Source: Promethearchaeia archaeon (GTDB lineage: Archaea > Asgardarchaeota > Lokiarchaeia > Sigyniarchaeales > SOKP01). From it: a stretch of 64,000 nt of DNA. Of this stretch, positions 1-10,431 are shown piece after piece. The position numbers and the translations under genes are program-made. Numbering within the stretch: the stretch's first letter is position 1; each line of letters begins with the position of its first letter. The stretch is taken from NCBI GenBank assembly GCA_029856145.1, contig JAHQWK010000028.1:1-64000 (forward strand), written 5' to 3'. The notes beneath the pieces are model-generated. The model searched no databases. It saw nothing but the letters and a program-made list of their open reading frames with translations, and was not told where the DNA came from.

Positions 1-35
1 CTATTAAATTTAAAAATATTTCTTCTTATATTTCT

Positions 36-524
36 GTGAAAGATATTATAGCTCATGAGATAAGAATAATCAAAAGCAGGAATATAAATGTAGATAATTG
101 TAAGATCTTTAGATTAGATATCGTAGCATGTCATAAAATTACAGTTAAAAATAGTTCTATCTTCCACGGTTATTTGAAATACAATAGAGAAAATCTATTT
201 AAAGATAACATTTTTCATCAAGATTATGCTGCCTTGACATTTTCAGAAAAGGGAAGTAAATCTGGAGATCTTAATATGAAGAAAATTCAAATTGGAATGC
301 CAATTGCGCTATTTTTCCCAGTTTTAATAATAGTAATTTCATTTTATTTAATATCTGTGATAATAGGGCTCTTATCGATGCTTATATTTTCATTACTTTT
401 AATCCCAGTTATTGATATTGAAATAAAGAAGAAACTTGTAAAGGATTTCGGTCCAAACCAATTTGAGAATAATGGGTATGACACTTTGGATGATTTACAT
501 CCTCTTTTTTTAAAACCAAAATAG
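36..524 (+). CDS. Hypothetical membrane protein (may begin before the window)
   Basis: 162-aa ORF with a repetitive beta-helix-like N-half and a long hydrophobic segment; no family recognised. Confidence 0.5.
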   Translation: MKDIIAHEIRIIKSRNINVDNCKIFRLDIVACHKITVKNSSIFHGYLKYNRENLFKDNIFHQDYAALTFSEKGSKSGDLNMKKIQIGMPIALFFPVLIIVISFYLISVIIGLLSMLIFSLLLIPVIDIEIKKKLVKDFGPNQFENNGYDTLDDLHPLFLKPK

Positions 525-717
525 AGATAAATAATAAAGAACCAATAAATCTTTAAATAAGTTACTTTTTAAAATTATCAGAATTCATTGCTTAATTTAA
601 ACTAAAAAGTGTAGTGTTTTTTTAAATATATTGAAATTATTTTATCTCTTAAAAGATATAAATTGTATACATTCAGTAGGGATCCTCATAAGAATATTAT
701 GCTTGAGATAGGTACGA

Positions 718-1347
718 TTATAGTTCAGAGGCTTCTTTTAATCCAATATATTTATTCCAGGAGTTAAAGAAAGCATGCATATAGATATAAGAATTAATGA
801 GTTCAATTACATAGGATTTTCCTTCATCCGTTATTTCTATCGCATATCTTGGTCTAAACCGTTTATCCTTGAATTTTTTTTTTTGTAGGATCAATACATG
901 ACCACAATTTTCACAGAAATCAGGCAAATAATAAAAGGGAGTACCACAATGAGGACATTTTTCAATTTTAAATATTAATCCTTGTTCTCCTAATTTATCT
1001 ATAAGAGTTTTTGCTTCTTGAGTAGTACAAGGTTTTTGCCAGGACATTCGTTTAATTATGGTTTTAAGTGATATTGTATGGTTATTATGGGATTCCCTAA
1101 AAATCTCAAACATTATTTTCTCTTTGTTAGTTAATAATTTTTCAAGATAGAAAAGTTCCTTGAAAAGATCTTTTAGAGTGGTTTTTTTGGACACGAGAGA
1201 AAGCTTCATAACAAGTTTGCTTAACTCTAATGTTTTATCACATAATCTTTCAATAATATCTGGCACGCTGCTTGTTTTTATATTTAACTTGGAACTAACT
1301 AATCTTAATTTTTCGATTATTTTCGTATCTAAAGCAATGCGTGCCAT
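718..1347 (-). CDS. Winged-helix DNA-binding protein with inserted Zn ribbon
   Basis: CPHC...CENC motif inside a wHTH-like region ending in EITDEGKSY (typical wing/recognition end). Confidence 0.6.
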   Translation of the reverse strand: MARIALDTKIIEKLRLVSSKLNIKTSSVPDIIERLCDKTLELSKLVMKLSLVSKKTTLKDLFKELFYLEKLLTNKEKIMFEIFRESHNNHTISLKTIIKRMSWQKPCTTQEAKTLIDKLGEQGLIFKIEKCPHCGTPFYYLPDFCENCGHVLILQKKKFKDKRFRPRYAIEITDEGKSYVIELINSYIYMHAFFNSWNKYIGLKEASEL

Positions 1348-1588
1348 TTTCTTCTTTCCTAAATTAAATCTGAAAAATAAATTTGTGAATTTTTGTTATA
1401 ATATTGAAAAAAACTAAAAATTTCTATTAGATTTCTTTTTATAATAGTTATTGTAATTCTAACTCTGTATTTTTTTCTAACTTTATAAAATATCTTAGAA
1501 ATAATAAAAAAAGCTAAACATATAAACTTTCATCAATTATCCAACCAACATGGGACTGTAATTTAATGTTGTGGCTGCTAAAAATGAT

Positions 1589-1813
1589 TTAATCACTCCT
1601 TTCATCGAAAAACTTTTTAATGGATTTCTGCTCTCGAAGTTTTTCCAAGTGATAATGTTTGTCTATTAACTTTTCGATCCTAATTCTTATAGCTTCAATT
1701 ATAAATTCATGATGACTTCTATAACCGAAGTAAGGAAATAGAATGTACATATTTTCAACTAATATCTCTGGAATTTGTATATTCTTGTATTTTGTTTTGA
1801 GTTTTCCTGTCAG
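1589..1813 (-). CDS. Ribbon-helix-helix (CopG/Arc-like) regulator, 74 aa, probable CTG start; absent from ORF track
   Basis: Translates (L/M)TGKLKTKYKNIQIPEILVENMYILFPYFGYRSHHEFIIEAIRIRIEKLID...; matches the RHH pattern beta(NIQIP)-helix-GYxSxxEFIxxAIR; GGTGA SD-like motif 6 nt upstream of CTG. Confidence 0.75.
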   Translation of the reverse strand: MTGKLKTKYKNIQIPEILVENMYILFPYFGYRSHHEFIIEAIRIRIEKLIDKHYHLEKLREQKSIKKFFDERSD

Positions 1814-1864
1814 TTGGAATCACCATTTTCTTTAAATTTTTTCATAAAATTTTTCTTTTTCACC

Positions 1865-2530
1865 TTATAATTTATAATTTTTATACCATCTTTTTTGAAA
1901 GAGTAGACTTTCATTCAATAAACAATTTCTATTGTGGGAGATAATCTCGTCAAATTTTTGAGCATTGAATAATTGATTGACTAATTTGTTATTTCGAAAT
2001 AAGGAATCCCCTGTCAATATCGCTGAATTGGGATTTATTGAATAAAATGCTTCTGTTAGAGATTCATATCTATAGTTTTCTTTTTGAAGGTTGATTATTG
2101 GAAATTCTTTAATAAAACTAAATTCAGAGACATAATCTCCCTGTACTTGTAAGTAGTGATACATATTCAAAAGTTTGATTCGCTCATAATTACTAAATGC
2201 AAAAAAGGTGAGATCTTTTGCTAATTGTAGTACGTTAAATATTAATTTGTAAAACTTGATTTTATGACACCATTCTTCAATGTAATAAGTGAATATAATA
2301 TTTTGAATCATTATACCACACATAAAAACTGGAGAACCCTTAAAATCAATTATCGCAATTTTCAAATTCTTAGGCAAAGGATGATGTTCTTCTTCCAAAA
2401 GTTGTTTTTTGATGAATTTTACTTTTGGATCTCTCTCTACATTCTCTAAATTTATAATAATTGGAGTGAAATCATATTGACTATTAATTCGATATGCTAT
2501 ATTCCATTTTTGCATCTCATTTACCTCCAT
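1865..2530 (-). CDS. RNase H-like/DEDD (YprB-like) exonuclease-fold protein, probably catalytically degenerate
   Basis: IAIIDFK (ExoI-like DxE with E->K), FAFSNYE, IINLQ, EIISHNRNCL (HNxxD-like with D->C); inferred from motif spacing. Confidence 0.45.
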   Translation of the reverse strand: MEVNEMQKWNIAYRINSQYDFTPIIINLENVERDPKVKFIKKQLLEEEHHPLPKNLKIAIIDFKGSPVFMCGIMIQNIIFTYYIEEWCHKIKFYKLIFNVLQLAKDLTFFAFSNYERIKLLNMYHYLQVQGDYVSEFSFIKEFPIINLQKENYRYESLTEAFYSINPNSAILTGDSLFRNNKLVNQLFNAQKFDEIISHNRNCLLNESLLFQKRWYKNYKL

Positions 2531-3672
2531 ACTTCAGTTACCTTTTGTTCTTCACTTATTTGGTAGAATTCACGTATAAATTTTATTGAGGAAAAATATA
2601 ACTTACTGATAAAATGGATTGTTTTAATTAACTGTTCCTCTTTCCCTTCAGAACATTGCTCATGTGTGAGTTCACTTAGGTAATGACATACAAGATCTAT
2701 CAAACAGGAAGAATCCTTGTAAAATTCATTCACACGATCAATTTGCTCTATCGTAAGATGTGTCTCTTTATCTAAAATTACTTGACTCAATATGGTATAT
2801 CCCACTATATTGAAAATCTCTTGAGTTTGTTTAAGAAAGTTGCTAAATTGCATTTCATTTTGAAATAATTTAATTAAATTATCTTCATTTTCTCCCAAAA
2901 ATATTTCAGTTTTTAAGTTAAAGAAGAATTCAATGTAGTAGTACGTGTTAAGCAAGTGTTTGAATAGAGGAAAACTAATTTTTTTATGAACTAGGTGTAG
3001 TTCAATTAAATTAATCATCTCATCTCTATTTTCAATCTGTAATCTTATTGCCATATTCTTAATAAAATTAATAAAATTCTCTTTATCTTCACTTTCAAAA
3101 TGTTCCATAAGATCTTGGACATATGCATAAAAACATCTAAGTTCGAAGAATCGATACCAGAAGCTGAAACTTTTTGGAGATCTCATAATAGAATAAATTG
3201 TTCCAAATCTAAGTAACGTAGCTAACGCAGGAAGTAATTTGTCTGGGCGTAAAAGATTTTTTATATGAGCCCTTGTAATTATATTTGGTTTTTGTAAAAA
3301 AAGCTCAACATCATCATCTTTAAATTTCTGGATAACGTTTTCTAATTTCGCATCTTCTTTTACATTTTCATATTCCAAATATCTTTCACAAATTTTATTT
3401 ATTCTCATATCTGAAATTGGAATAGACACTAATTTGGAAGAGGGATGTGGACTAAATAACCGAAATACTCCTCTACTCATGCTTGAACAATCAAGAAGTA
3501 TTGCTAATCGATTCTTAGCATCAACTGATAAGCGAAATAGTTGATATGGATATAATATCCGTAATTTTCGGCGGATTTCTAAAGGTATTTCAATTTGCTC
3601 CCGATATACTGTATAAAGTAAGAGGGACTGAAGAAGAGATTTAGCGAACTTTTTGCCATAAATACTTCGCAA
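2521..3672 (-). CDS. Hypothetical all-helical protein, possibly 5'-truncated
   Basis: 383-aa ORF overlapping the next gene; TTG start only 27 bp from the divergent giant ORF. Confidence 0.55.
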   Translation of the reverse strand: MRSIYGKKFAKSLLQSLLLYTVYREQIEIPLEIRRKLRILYPYQLFRLSVDAKNRLAILLDCSSMSRGVFRLFSPHPSSKLVSIPISDMRINKICERYLEYENVKEDAKLENVIQKFKDDDVELFLQKPNIITRAHIKNLLRPDKLLPALATLLRFGTIYSIMRSPKSFSFWYRFFELRCFYAYVQDLMEHFESEDKENFINFIKNMAIRLQIENRDEMINLIELHLVHKKISFPLFKHLLNTYYYIEFFFNLKTEIFLGENEDNLIKLFQNEMQFSNFLKQTQEIFNIVGYTILSQVILDKETHLTIEQIDRVNEFYKDSSCLIDLVCHYLSELTHEQCSEGKEEQLIKTIHFISKLYFSSIKFIREFYQISEEQKVTEVWR

Positions 3673-3699
3673 GGAATTTATGATATTATTTGGAACCCA

Positions 3700-6600
3700 A
3701 TGTATTCAGGAGAGTATTATGACGCCTATACTGAGAACAAGGAAGACCTTACTGATCTATACGACTATTATCAACCCCATATTGCGAACTTCAGCTATCT
3801 TTACGTTTCATGGGCAGATGATAATGCGTGGAAAGAATGGCACACCATAGAAGCTCCAAATGTTGATATCAGCACCTTAGATATTATGTTTGAGTGGTAT
3901 GATGATACTTCGGAGGAGTACGATTCTGTATATTATAACCAGACGCTTAATGAATTTGAAGCCAGAAATATAGCTGTTGAGATTGTATACCCATATGATA
4001 AAAATATACAAACTGCAAATTTTACCTTATCACAGGACTACTCTAGCGCCCAAGACCTCGATATTATGCTGATTAAAGGGTACTTTTTCAACGAAACTGG
4101 GAAAGATTTTGATCCAGATAATGTAAATATATACTCAAGTGAAAAATTAATTGAAATTTCAGCTCCAAGTGGATATACATTAGATAATTTTGAGAAAATT
4201 ATTATTTATCTTAACTTCACAGAGGGGGCATATTCAGATTATACCCAATTTAGATTTTTACAAGCTGCTATTAATAATAATCCTGAAGTTCCATTATGGA
4301 CCAAGAATGATTCGCTCTATGTGGACTTTGAATACAATGATATTGATTACTTCCTCCTTATGGAAGAGTATGCAGTTGGATCTGAAGATTCTATGTTTGA
4401 ATATTTTGCTTACACGAGAAATAATAAGTTTGTAGATTATGATGATGTTGATACGACCTATTCATTAGATAAGATAGAGCAGTATCAAGATTTCGATAAC
4501 TTCACAAAAGTTAACGATCCAAAGACATTGCTAGAGTTCTTTGATTTTGATGAGGATTGTACCCATGAGCTCGTAATCCAGAAGGATGATATCACCCAGA
4601 ATGGAGTCTATGATAGTTTCAAATATGGCTACATCAACCCAGCGGGAGAGATTACGTTCCATACGCTTGTCCAAGAAGTAGCAACTACAGAAGTTCATAC
4701 TGATAAAGTAAATGATGTAAGAAAGACTGAGAGATACTCTATTGATAGTAAAGATCCCGAATATATAACGACTGCTCAGCGTACCATTATCACTAATAGC
4801 ACAATAACTTATAGAATACAGAAGCTAACCACTTTAATTCAAAAAGATGATGATTATGATGGATATATTGATCATGAAGTATCCTATGAGCAGACCTTTT
4901 ACAGCTCATATACAGTTCTTTACTCCACAGAAGTTACTTATATTCATTTCAAACTAAGAGACGGTTCTGAGAACTTAGAAGGTGGTCAAGAAGAATATGA
5001 GGGATACTTGACAGAATATAGGAATTCCACACATATTATTTCCGATTCAAGTATGTCCTATGCGTTTAGAGATTTCGAGTATGGTGAGGTTGTAAGCACC
5101 AGATATTATGATGATGTATTTCCAAACGAGTTATCGGAAGTATATAACTTAGACAATAATCTTGTGCCAGTTATCAATGATAATGGAGATGAAGATAGTT
5201 CCAATGATGTTATTACCTACGTTCCTGCCCTTGAGAATCTTTTATCCCTTTCCCATCCTAGAGATGGAATTCCAGCTATATTTGATAGAAGAATTATAAT
5301 TAACGGTTCTGTGGAATTTGATAATATTTTAGCAACTCAGAAAGTTATCTCAATTGCGGCTACTTATAATGAGGGTACAGGAATTAATGATTATTTAACC
5401 GAACAAAAGATTGTCGCTGATGTTATCGAGGTGGTTCCAGAAACGGGAGTATATTATGATAACGTCCGAGGATATGCTCCAGATAACCTTGAAGGGTATA
5501 GATACCTTTACTATGATGAAGATGGTGATGGTCTTCACAGTACAATCTTTATTGCCGACTCAGATGGCGAAGTGGTCGGAATTGGCTTCGATTACGATGG
5601 AAACTCCTATTTCGAGCCTCATAAGGTCATGATTACAGAGAAACATATTATTACAAGTGCGGCTACCGCAGATGATGACATAGCTTTGAAAATGACATTA
5701 AAATATACCGGTCATGAATCAATTAATTATCAAGATACTGACAGTTATGATGGCATGTTTGTAGAGCCTACATTCAGAGATTCTTTATTTGATATCTGGA
5801 AATCGCAATATACAGGGACGTCCAGTGATTTAATCAGATTTGCGATGCGACTTACGCATCAAGTATTTATAGAATCTCTTTCTGCTGAGAAAATCATTGG
5901 AGATATCGCATGGCAAGTAGTTTCACAATTAACGGCATTTGTAGTTGGAAAGGTCACGGGAATAGCTTTGACTGGTATAATAGGAGCATGTACTTCAATA
6001 GGCTCGGCGTGGCCAGGTTTCGGGACTGCAATTGGTTTTATTGTCGGTATGCTTATGTATTGGCTTTTAAACTCTGCTATGGCAGTTGCGCAGCAAAAAG
6101 AGATAAACAACTATTTAGCTTCTCAGACCACTTATAACGAGGAATATCAAGACACCAAGACGCTCTCGGATAAGTGGTGGATGGATAGATATTTTGGCGA
6201 TATCATGCCAAATACACTTCAAGGAAGTAAGGCAGGAGTCTATACTCCAGTAAAAGCTGAGACGGACAAGCATATATATGAGGGAGAGGTTATTCTTGCC
6301 CCTGCTCATATCGAGAAGACGACCGTTTTCGGCACTCAATTTAACCCACTATTATTAGATTATTCGCAGCAGACACGATCTTATCTGCAATATTCGGATT
6401 TTGATGATCCCCTGTTGATGTCATTCTTCAATCAAGATATAGAGGAATTTTATGGAATATCTATTGAGCAACTTCCAATATTAGATAGCTTAGATCTCAC
6501 TCAACCCCATGATCTGCGAGCCCTTTACATGAGAAATTCCATTATGTACTTAGAAGATGAGATTTATAAGGCAACTGAAAACGATCCTGAAGATAGTATT

Positions 6601-9600
6601 TCATATGATCGCATTATTCCGTACATGGTTGGCGTGAGACCCTCATTACAGTTTATCGATTCTGATACAGTTTTAGCTCCAGAGTTTTACCTTGACTATC
6701 CTATTTATGTAGATCATGAACAATATGGCGCTCTTGAAGAAGAATATTATCACATTTACAAAGTCTATAATGGCACTACAGATATCATACAGTTGATCCC
6801 CGAAGATACTGTGGAGAATCGCTTAATTATGTCAGATATCGTGAATATTGTGCCTTACTATGTAGATTCACTGGGAAATCAACTTCCACTTTTGGACATT
6901 GACTATATTCCGGAATTTATTTTTAATGCAATTACAGGAGAAGTAATTTTAAATTCAAGTTTTACAATACTTTTAGAAGAACGTCTTGCTGATATGGAAG
7001 ATCTATATAACAATGTTGAGGGGTACGAAGGTCATATTATTCTCGAATTTTGCATAGAAAAATATAGGGATATTTCCGTGGAGAGAGATGACATCACACC
7101 AGAAGAAGCTTATCAAATTGCGACCATGCAATCTGCCCACCAAGCGATTTTAGAATACACATACCAATTTACCATTGCGGAACAGACTCAGCAGAGACTT
7201 TCCGAGGCATGTTACACCATATTTGTCACTATTATTAGTACTCTTATTGTAATGGGCGCTACGATTGTAATTGACAAAGCATTTAGTAAATTAGCTAATA
7301 ATCTATTTGATAAGTTAGATGATGCGATTCAAGCAGGGACTGCTGGAAAAAGGCTAGCTAATCTTTATAATAATATGAATGCAGGAGAATTATTCAATAG
7401 CCTTCTTAATCCCGTATCTAGAGGTCTTGGATATAACATGTTTAAAATCACGAAAGCGCTGATTTCTGAAAGTATTCAAGAAGTATTTGTTGACCCCTGG
7501 ATTGAAGCCTACGTTACCAACGCGGTAGCAGATCTTGGTTGGGACGAGACAGCACAAATATACCTCAGTGGGCTTGCTGAGACCGGGCGTGAGTTCCTTT
7601 TCAGCGCAGTCACTCAGTTTATGTGGGCAAGTGTGAGGCCCCAAACTTCGCTGAACCTTCAGAATATAGCTGCTCAGCAGCAACTGACCATAGAGCAGAT
7701 GAATGAGATGAGGCAACAAACACAAGAAGCTCAAATTCAGAAAGATAATCGGAAAGATTATATCCGTGACAGCTTCTTCACGGTGATGATGTTTATGGGT
7801 GCGATGATGGGAGGCTTCGGTGGGTCAATCGGCATGACTATTGGAAATCTTATGATTGTCGGCGGTGATTCAGCTGACAGTTTATTTGAATTGAAGGATG
7901 CCGTTAAAGATATTTTAGAATCAAGACACCAAGAAGTTCGAGTCCACTTTGATGCTAAGATTGCTGACACACTTAGAGCAGAGATTGCTATGAAAAATTG
8001 GATTGATGAAGATCTGAGAGAAGCAATAGATTGGGCTACTCTTAGTGAACCGCAAAAGCAAGAGCAAATTGAGTATGAATATATCCCATCCAATTTTGAA
8101 GTATGGGCAGATATGGTAAGCCGCTCTCGATTGTTGGGTACACCAGTAGGAATGCACCTAATGCCAGGCGATCCAAATAATTATATCGCACAACGTTTCC
8201 CACGATTGCCCCAGTATTTAGGTGATAATGTCTTTAGATCTATATTAAGAGAAGTTCTGAACTTCCTAGATCAAGAGTCGGAGAATATTATGAGAGACAC
8301 AAATGGCATGACTGAACAAGAAGCATTAAATTATATTACTAGAAATGCAATGCAATACTTGCATAGTGAAAAAGCAGATTTAATGGACAGTTTATCTCGA
8401 CAAGATGAATCAAAGCCTAACAAGATCGCTCCCAAGGTGAAAATTTACATTTCTGTCATTTATTTATTAAAGTTCACTAACAAATTAGTGAATCAGATAC
8501 ATAGATCTATTTCGGGTGTTAAGCATCAATACATTAAATTCGTCAAGGATTATCTTGAACTTTCTGCTCCAGAGAGGTTCACTTATAATATTAAAAACAT
8601 CGAAGATATGTTAAATTCAATTGATTATGAATTGGTTTCACCATTGACTCAGAGGGAATTCGATTTATTGGAAGGTGATTCATCAGCCAAAAGAATTAAA
8701 ATAAAGTGCCCAGAAGGTCATGAATATTTTACAAATCCTTCAAGTATAAAAAACAAGATGCTTAAAGGTGAAGGATTATGTCAAAAATGTTATCATAAGT
8801 CAAGAAGGGTGTATACTTTTGAAAGTATAGTACAAGAAGTAGGTGAACGGGAAGATTTAATAATTTTTCCAAAGACTCAGGAAGATTGGGATTCAATAGG
8901 AGGATTTCCTTCTGACAGAAAGATTAAGGTTAAGTGTGGTCAATGTGGTGAGGAAAGAGAGTGTATGGCAAAGACATATTTCGAATATGAACGTTGCCCA
9001 AGTTGCTTTCATATAGACGCTTCGCTTTCTTATGAGACGGTTAGAGATAGGGGATTAAATGAAGGATTTAGGTTAAAGACTCCTAAAGTAAAGTTTAATA
9101 AGATAAAAGCTTCCTATGCTCTTGATGGTACTAAGACTTGGGCGACAGAAGGTTTAGAATGGAAATGTCTAGATTGTGAAGAAATTGTTAAAATAACTTT
9201 TCAAAGTATAAGAGATGCTAGAACTGGATGCCCTTCGTGTAAGATGTCAGAACATCAGAAACATAGTCATAAATATTTAGAAGCAACATTTGATTCACCA
9301 TTTGAATCAGAGAAGAGGTTAGGTGATATTGATTTAGATGAGATTGGGGTATCACCTTCAGGTTCCTTATTTAGTCCAAATCTTGTGTTTGACGGATATG
9401 CAATAGTTCGAATTCCAGGTTGCTCAACACCTATCCCAGTACTTTTTGAAGCTCGTGGTTATCAATATTGGCATTGGCCGAATCAGTACTTTAAAGGGAC
9501 ATATGAGGATTTTCTAGCTTGGCAGCATTATAGGGCAAATGCTGAGCAGAAAAATAGATTTGCTCATGAACATAAAATAGTACTTATTTCGATTTACGAG

Positions 9601-9756
9601 GAAAAATTATGGACTAGAGCCCAAGTCAGGTCAGAACTTATTCGTCAATTTAAATTGCAAACTAAAGCTTACGGATACTCTGAAGATGGAATAACCTTAG
9701 ATCCACCTGAATATAATAATTTTATTTTTAGGAGAAGATTCTTAGGTTTAATTTAA
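3700..9756 (+). CDS. Giant acidic protein with Ca-binding-like motifs, Gly-rich hydrophobic helices and C-terminal Zn ribbons plus Vsr/PD-(D/E)xK-like nuclease domain (polymorphic-toxin-like)
   Basis: 2018-aa ORF; DxDxDG-type motifs; three hydrophobic segments; C-terminal CPEGH/CQKC, CGQC/CPSC, CLDC/CPSC and FDGY...FEARGYQYWH. Confidence 0.65.
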   Translation: MYSGEYYDAYTENKEDLTDLYDYYQPHIANFSYLYVSWADDNAWKEWHTIEAPNVDISTLDIMFEWYDDTSEEYDSVYYNQTLNEFEARNIAVEIVYPYDKNIQTANFTLSQDYSSAQDLDIMLIKGYFFNETGKDFDPDNVNIYSSEKLIEISAPSGYTLDNFEKIIIYLNFTEGAYSDYTQFRFLQAAINNNPEVPLWTKNDSLYVDFEYNDIDYFLLMEEYAVGSEDSMFEYFAYTRNNKFVDYDDVDTTYSLDKIEQYQDFDNFTKVNDPKTLLEFFDFDEDCTHELVIQKDDITQNGVYDSFKYGYINPAGEITFHTLVQEVATTEVHTDKVNDVRKTERYSIDSKDPEYITTAQRTIITNSTITYRIQKLTTLIQKDDDYDGYIDHEVSYEQTFYSSYTVLYSTEVTYIHFKLRDGSENLEGGQEEYEGYLTEYRNSTHIISDSSMSYAFRDFEYGEVVSTRYYDDVFPNELSEVYNLDNNLVPVINDNGDEDSSNDVITYVPALENLLSLSHPRDGIPAIFDRRIIINGSVEFDNILATQKVISIAATYNEGTGINDYLTEQKIVADVIEVVPETGVYYDNVRGYAPDNLEGYRYLYYDEDGDGLHSTIFIADSDGEVVGIGFDYDGNSYFEPHKVMITEKHIITSAATADDDIALKMTLKYTGHESINYQDTDSYDGMFVEPTFRDSLFDIWKSQYTGTSSDLIRFAMRLTHQVFIESLSAEKIIGDIAWQVVSQLTAFVVGKVTGIALTGIIGACTSIGSAWPGFGTAIGFIVGMLMYWLLNSAMAVAQQKEINNYLASQTTYNEEYQDTKTLSDKWWMDRYFGDIMPNTLQGSKAGVYTPVKAETDKHIYEGEVILAPAHIEKTTVFGTQFNPLLLDYSQQTRSYLQYSDFDDPLLMSFFNQDIEEFYGISIEQLPILDSLDLTQPHDLRALYMRNSIMYLEDEIYKATENDPEDSISYDRIIPYMVGVRPSLQFIDSDTVLAPEFYLDYPIYVDHEQYGALEEEYYHIYKVYNGTTDIIQLIPEDTVENRLIMSDIVNIVPYYVDSLGNQLPLLDIDYIPEFIFNAITGEVILNSSFTILLEERLADMEDLYNNVEGYEGHIILEFCIEKYRDISVERDDITPEEAYQIATMQSAHQAILEYTYQFTIAEQTQQRLSEACYTIFVTIISTLIVMGATIVIDKAFSKLANNLFDKLDDAIQAGTAGKRLANLYNNMNAGELFNSLLNPVSRGLGYNMFKITKALISESIQEVFVDPWIEAYVTNAVADLGWDETAQIYLSGLAETGREFLFSAVTQFMWASVRPQTSLNLQNIAAQQQLTIEQMNEMRQQTQEAQIQKDNRKDYIRDSFFTVMMFMGAMMGGFGGSIGMTIGNLMIVGGDSADSLFELKDAVKDILESRHQEVRVHFDAKIADTLRAEIAMKNWIDEDLREAIDWATLSEPQKQEQIEYEYIPSNFEVWADMVSRSRLLGTPVGMHLMPGDPNNYIAQRFPRLPQYLGDNVFRSILREVLNFLDQESENIMRDTNGMTEQEALNYITRNAMQYLHSEKADLMDSLSRQDESKPNKIAPKVKIYISVIYLLKFTNKLVNQIHRSISGVKHQYIKFVKDYLELSAPERFTYNIKNIEDMLNSIDYELVSPLTQREFDLLEGDSSAKRIKIKCPEGHEYFTNPSSIKNKMLKGEGLCQKCYHKSRRVYTFESIVQEVGEREDLIIFPKTQEDWDSIGGFPSDRKIKVKCGQCGEERECMAKTYFEYERCPSCFHIDASLSYETVRDRGLNEGFRLKTPKVKFNKIKASYALDGTKTWATEGLEWKCLDCEEIVKITFQSIRDARTGCPSCKMSEHQKHSHKYLEATFDSPFESEKRLGDIDLDEIGVSPSGSLFSPNLVFDGYAIVRIPGCSTPIPVLFEARGYQYWHWPNQYFKGTYEDFLAWQHYRANAEQKNRFAHEHKIVLISIYEEKLWTRAQVRSELIRQFKLQTKAYGYSEDGITLDPPEYNNFIFRRRFLGLI

Positions 9757-9810
9757 AAGAATTTTATTGATTAAATAAATATTTATACTAAAAATAATCT
9801 AGTATACTAG

Positions 9811-10431
9811 ATGAAACCTATACAGTTTTCGAAAGATTTCGCATGTTGCCATCACAAATATCTTCCATGTCGGTTTGGATATCGTGATGATGATGTTTAT
9901 AGATGCAGTTATCATCGATTAATGGTGTTGGCTAAATGGATAAATAATGACGATTATACTGCAACCAAATTACTTAATCAAGCATGCCAACCTATTAGAG
10001 ATGAAGAATCCTTCTCAAAATATTTAGCGAAAATGCATAAAGAATATGCCAAAGATATTATAGAGAATGCAAGTATAGGAGATATGATTTTTTGCTTTGA
10101 TGAAACTAATAGCGAAGTTATTTTATTAGAAAAACCAGAGACAGATACAGGTCTTTGCGTTTATAGAGCTTGTACAGGAGAGATACGTTCTAGACCAGTT
10201 AGGCTTTTTCGAACAATCTCTCAAGGGAATTATATAGCAGAATATTTACTCGAAGGAGAAAAAAGCGAAATTGAATCCTTAATGATTAAACGCATGGCTC
10301 TTGAAGCTGGTTTTCGAGTTGAAATTCATAAGACTGATTCTGGACACATGGTAAAAATATTTGGAGATACCCAACGAGAAGTCGATGATTTTATGACTAT
10401 GTGTGTCTATAATAAATTCATGCTTTATTAG
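9811..10431 (+). CDS. Hypothetical Cys/His-rich protein; candidate immunity/partner of the giant protein
   Basis: 206-aa ORF 54 bp downstream of and co-oriented with the giant ORF. Confidence 0.55.
   Translation: MKPIQFSKDFACCHHKYLPCRFGYRDDDVYRCSYHRLMVLAKWINNDDYTATKLLNQACQPIRDEESFSKYLAKMHKEYAKDIIENASIGDMIFCFDETNSEVILLEKPETDTGLCVYRACTGEIRSRPVRLFRTISQGNYIAEYLLEGEKSEIESLMIKRMALEAGFRVEIHKTDSGHMVKIFGDTQREVDDFMTMCVYNKFMLY

Larger units (their letters stand above)
718..10431. mobile_element. Putative accessory island / decayed integrative element (boundaries approximate)
   Basis: RHH and wHTH regulators, degenerate exonuclease, giant gene more GC-rich than its neighbours, no housekeeping genes; no integrase or att repeats visible. 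Confidence 0.4.

Noticed and set aside
4190-8157. Short alternative-frame and antisense ORFs inside the giant gene, and similar ones inside secY, uL1, GGR, GGGPS and GRE
   Set aside because: Shadow ORFs of strongly supported genes with no recognisable motifs
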